A stretch of DNA of 64,000 bases. Origin: Enoplolaimus lenunculus. Lineage: Eukaryota. The stretch spans positions 372,001-436,000 of the forward strand of contig JASANG010002214.1 of assembly GCA_030248215.1 (NCBI GenBank), read 5' to 3'. The notes beneath the pieces are model-generated. The model did not search any database. It was not told the DNA's origin and saw only the letters and a program-made list of their open reading frames with translations. The position numbers were made by a program, and so were the translations under genes. Shown one piece after another: positions 61,043 through 64,000 of this stretch (position 1 is its first letter; every line of letters begins with the position of its first letter).

Positions 61043-64000
61043 GACCGTATCATTGTCACAACAATACTCCACATCATTATTACTTGGATATCTTGCCATT
61101 TTAATCACAGCCACGTTATTGGTGTCACTACTGCCAATTGCTGAAGCTGCCGTAAGTACCAGTATTCAGATAGCCAGTAGCCAAATTGCCGAGGGAAGGC
61201 GGCAAAGGCGACTCAGCGTCACTAGAGACATTTTGTCACCCTTAGAAAAGTTTTACACCAGATTAAAAGCGTTGTGAAATCACAAGTATGCCCGTCCTAA
61301 AATTGTGTACCTCCCTCTAGCAGATTGTTCTGCAGGGCCGGAGCAGCCACCCCCCATACCCCCCATTTGGGGGGGGGGCCGCCCCTAAAGAGGCCCCCAC
61401 CATACCTGGTTGAAACAAATCATTTAAAATTTTAAAATGCGTATGGATTGTCGATCGCTTCGCTCGCGAGTTTGAGTACCCCACCCTGGCATTTGGGAGT
61501 AGCCCAGACCCCTGCCTGCTCTGATACGGTACGGTCTGGCTGCGGGTTTGGTGGTCCAGGTGTAGACTAGACATCTGGCCGGTTTGACAAGTGCCAACTT
61601 GGCGGATTGGAATATGGGCCGTTGGCCAAAAAAAATCAGGGTCATACAATTATTTTTCTAAATGGTGTCTAATCAGTGCTGGGCCGATATATATCGAAAT
61701 GGCATAGTCACGATTTTAGAGCCAGTCCAACACTGATGTGGTCGTGTCACGTGTTGCCACTGGAACTGAATTCTGTGACTTTACAAGTTTAGAAAATGTT
61801 TACGCTTCAAAATTTGGCAGGCTTTTTGAATTTCATCTACCGTTCAAATGTGCGGAATTTCAGATCCGCGGTTGACGCAGGTCAATTGTTTGAGGGCTGG
61901 CTACTAACTTGCAATAAGTGCTACGCAGCGCTGAGTGTGCTGCTAATATAATTTGGAAGATATGTGCTGGGTATATGTAAGCAGTGCTTAAAACAGCAAT
62001 ATCAATCGAAGGCGTTTAGTATTTTAAACTCCACCAGACACCAGTATAGGCTTACGCTCAGCCCCAGGTTTATGCTTAGGCTTAGGTTCAAGAAAAGTGT
62101 CACCTAAGCTTAAAACTTTGCCTAGGTGTTTACATTAGGCTAAGCCCAAGCCTAAGCCTAAACTCTAAAAGTGGAGTTGAAAAAGGTTAAAGCTTTGCTT
62201 AAGTATTTACCTTAGGCTTAACCCAAGCCTAAGCCGAAGCCTAAACTCTAAGAGTGTAGATGAATGTGTACAAGAACTGCGATTAGTGTCACTGTACCAT
62301 AAAATTGGGCTTTTTAAAGCTAGCAAAAAATTTAACACAAAGTCTAAAAAACCTGTACTTAAGCTTATGCCGAAAGAAAGCTGACAAGGACAGTGTCAAG
62401 TCAAAATAGTAGCAACTGTAATCATACAACTATTGAACTTTTGGACACTTTCCGCCAGATTTACACTAAGATTTAGACTTAACAAAACTCTTTCTTATGT
62501 CTAATCCTTAATATATCAACAGCAAAGTGTTAACATTAAATGTGCATGAAAACCGTGAAATGTGGGGAAAGTGAACAAAAGCTAGCGGTTGGCTAAATAG
62601 ACAACTGGATGTATAAACCAACTTGTAAGCTGTCTCAAATTCTAGGACAATAATTGTATAAAATTACGGTGTTTGCCAACCCACACCCATTAAGTTTTCT
62701 CGGCGCAGTTCTGAATTTCATTTTTTGTCAAATGTAGGCATCGAGTATGCCTACGCTGTTTTGCCAAATGAACCAATAGTGCAAGAACTGTCCCAGGAAA
62801 TAGTTACTGCGGCATATACGTTAGTCCTGGAGATCATAATTGTATTATGTGCGAATCTTGTATACTTTTCCCCATAGTTACGCTTAGCTTTAGGCTTAGG
62901 TTTACAACAACGCTTCGCTTATTGTGTGCCAGAGCCTTTGTCTATGCCTGTAATCCTTGAAAACATAGTTTCATTGTGTATGGATGTTGTACACTTCCCT
63001 CGCATTTACGCTTAGCTTCAGGCTTAGGTTTACAACAACGATTCGCTTTAAGCTTTTGTGTATGCCTGAACCTAATCCTTAACATTAACTTTTAATATAG
63101 GAGAAAATGTAAAAGACGATCAGATTTGATACATACGTAATTATAATAAATTTTGTTTTAGAGTTGTACCGGATGTAACGCAACCTGTATATGTCCCGGT
63201 CGAAAAGGAATTCCAGTAAGTTTAAATGTTTTTTACTCGGTTTCAAACATCTTTAGCCTTGTTTTGGAGAATCAGCGAAATTTTTAACGTAAAATTAAGC
63301 TTTGTTGTGTATTGTAAAGCGAATTAAACATACACCGGGTTGATATTTGATTTTAAAAAAGTTCTGATTAAACGACTATTTCCTGCATCAAGTTTGTAAA
63401 AATTAATAATATCAAACACATTGTAAGATTTGGTTATGTTATGAAAAATTTTAAAAATGTTTTCAAGAAACAATATTCAAGAAAGCGAACGAGAGTTTTA
63501 AATTTAAACCTCTCGTTCGCTTTTTAGAATATTGTTTCCTGAAATTAATACTTTTTAAATTTTTCATAACAGAGCCAAATCTTACACATAAATAATAACG
63601 GTTGTACTAAATCAAGCCTTTAATATATTCACTAGGTTACGAAATAGGTGCTTTTACGAAATTGACTTATGCTTAGGCTTAGGCTTAGACTTAGGCTAAG
63701 GCTCAGGCTTAGGCTTAGGCTTAGGCTTTGGTTTAGGCTTAGGCTTAGGCTTAGGCTTAGGCTTAGGCTTACAAGCCTTTAATATATTCACTGGGTTGCG
63801 AAATAGGTGTTTTTACGAAATGTACAAGTTATCATTTTACCTGTACAAAGTGAGTAATACATCGGCTGATACGGTCATAAAACAAAATGTTTACAGGGTG
63901 ACCATGGATTCAAAGGTCTCATCGGTTCGCATGGTCCGCCAGGAGCACCTGGTTTGGAAGGACCTCTCGGCAAACCAGGCCTCGACGGAGAATCAGGAGA
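60822..64000 (+). CDS. COL4A1: Type IV collagen alpha chain (alpha1/EMB-9-like), first three exons; continues beyond the window
   Basis: Exons 60822-61151 (ends LLLGYLAILITATLLVSLLPIAEAA), 63162-63215 (SCTGCNATCICPGRKGIP, 7S-type cysteines like the CKGCAPPCVCPG of EMB-9), and 63897 to the window end (Gly-X-Y: GDHGFKGLIGSHGPPGAPGLEGPLGKPGLDGESG). All introns are phase 0. Chain identity (alpha1 vs alpha2) is tentative. Confidence 0.8.
60957..61040 (+). repeat. (AAC)28 microsatellite, read as poly-Asn in collagen exon 1
   Basis: Perfect AAC run of 84 bp. Confidence 0.95.
63422..63586. repeat. Imperfect palindrome (foldback) of about 165 bp in collagen intron 2
   Basis: TGTAAGATTTGG..GTTATGAAAAATTT..GAAACAATATTC..AAAGCGAACGAGAG|TTTTAAATTTAAAC|CTCTCGTTCGCTTT..GAATATTGTTTC..AAATTTTTCATAAC..CCAAATCTTACA. 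Confidence 0.85.
63666..63771. repeat. Interstitial telomeric array (TTAGGC) of about 17 units
   Basis: Mostly perfect TTAGGC units, flanked by 50-bp direct repeats at 63613-63662 and 63772-63821. Confidence 0.93.

Noticed and set aside
63666..63771. True chromosome end
   Set aside because: The tract is short and lies inside a collagen intron with coding sequence continuing beyond it.

Overview
This is eukaryotic genomic DNA, most likely from a nematode: it has TTAGGC telomere-type repeats, GT-AG introns with TTTCAG/TTTAG acceptors, and an emb-9-like collagen IV. The species cannot be named from the sequence alone. I rebuilt seven intron-containing genes by hand with phase-consistent splice sites: (1) the 3' half of afadin/canoe (+, 1679-14761); (2) a predicted secreted protein joining a signal peptide, a 6-Cys module and a CPYC glutaredoxin domain (-, 18367-21904); (3) DCN1 (-); (4) RNF26-like (+); (5) TRAPPC4 (+); (6) LAMTOR4 (+); (7) the 5' start of a type IV collagen alpha chain (+, runs off the window). 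Introns and intergenic DNA are dense with non-autonomous DNA transposons (MITEs) that often keep their target-site duplications (TSDs). There are also two tandem arrays (87 bp and 31 bp units), a LINE 3' fragment and tRNA-like sequences. Most notable: the Cys-module/glutaredoxin fusion gene; a MITE family that carries and expands the telomere repeat; a piggyBac-type MITE carrying a tRNA-type Pol III promoter; and an inverted MITE pair bracketing a single RNF26 exon. Most ORFs in the supplied track are intronic or repeat artefacts. Homology calls come from remembered motifs, not database searches.
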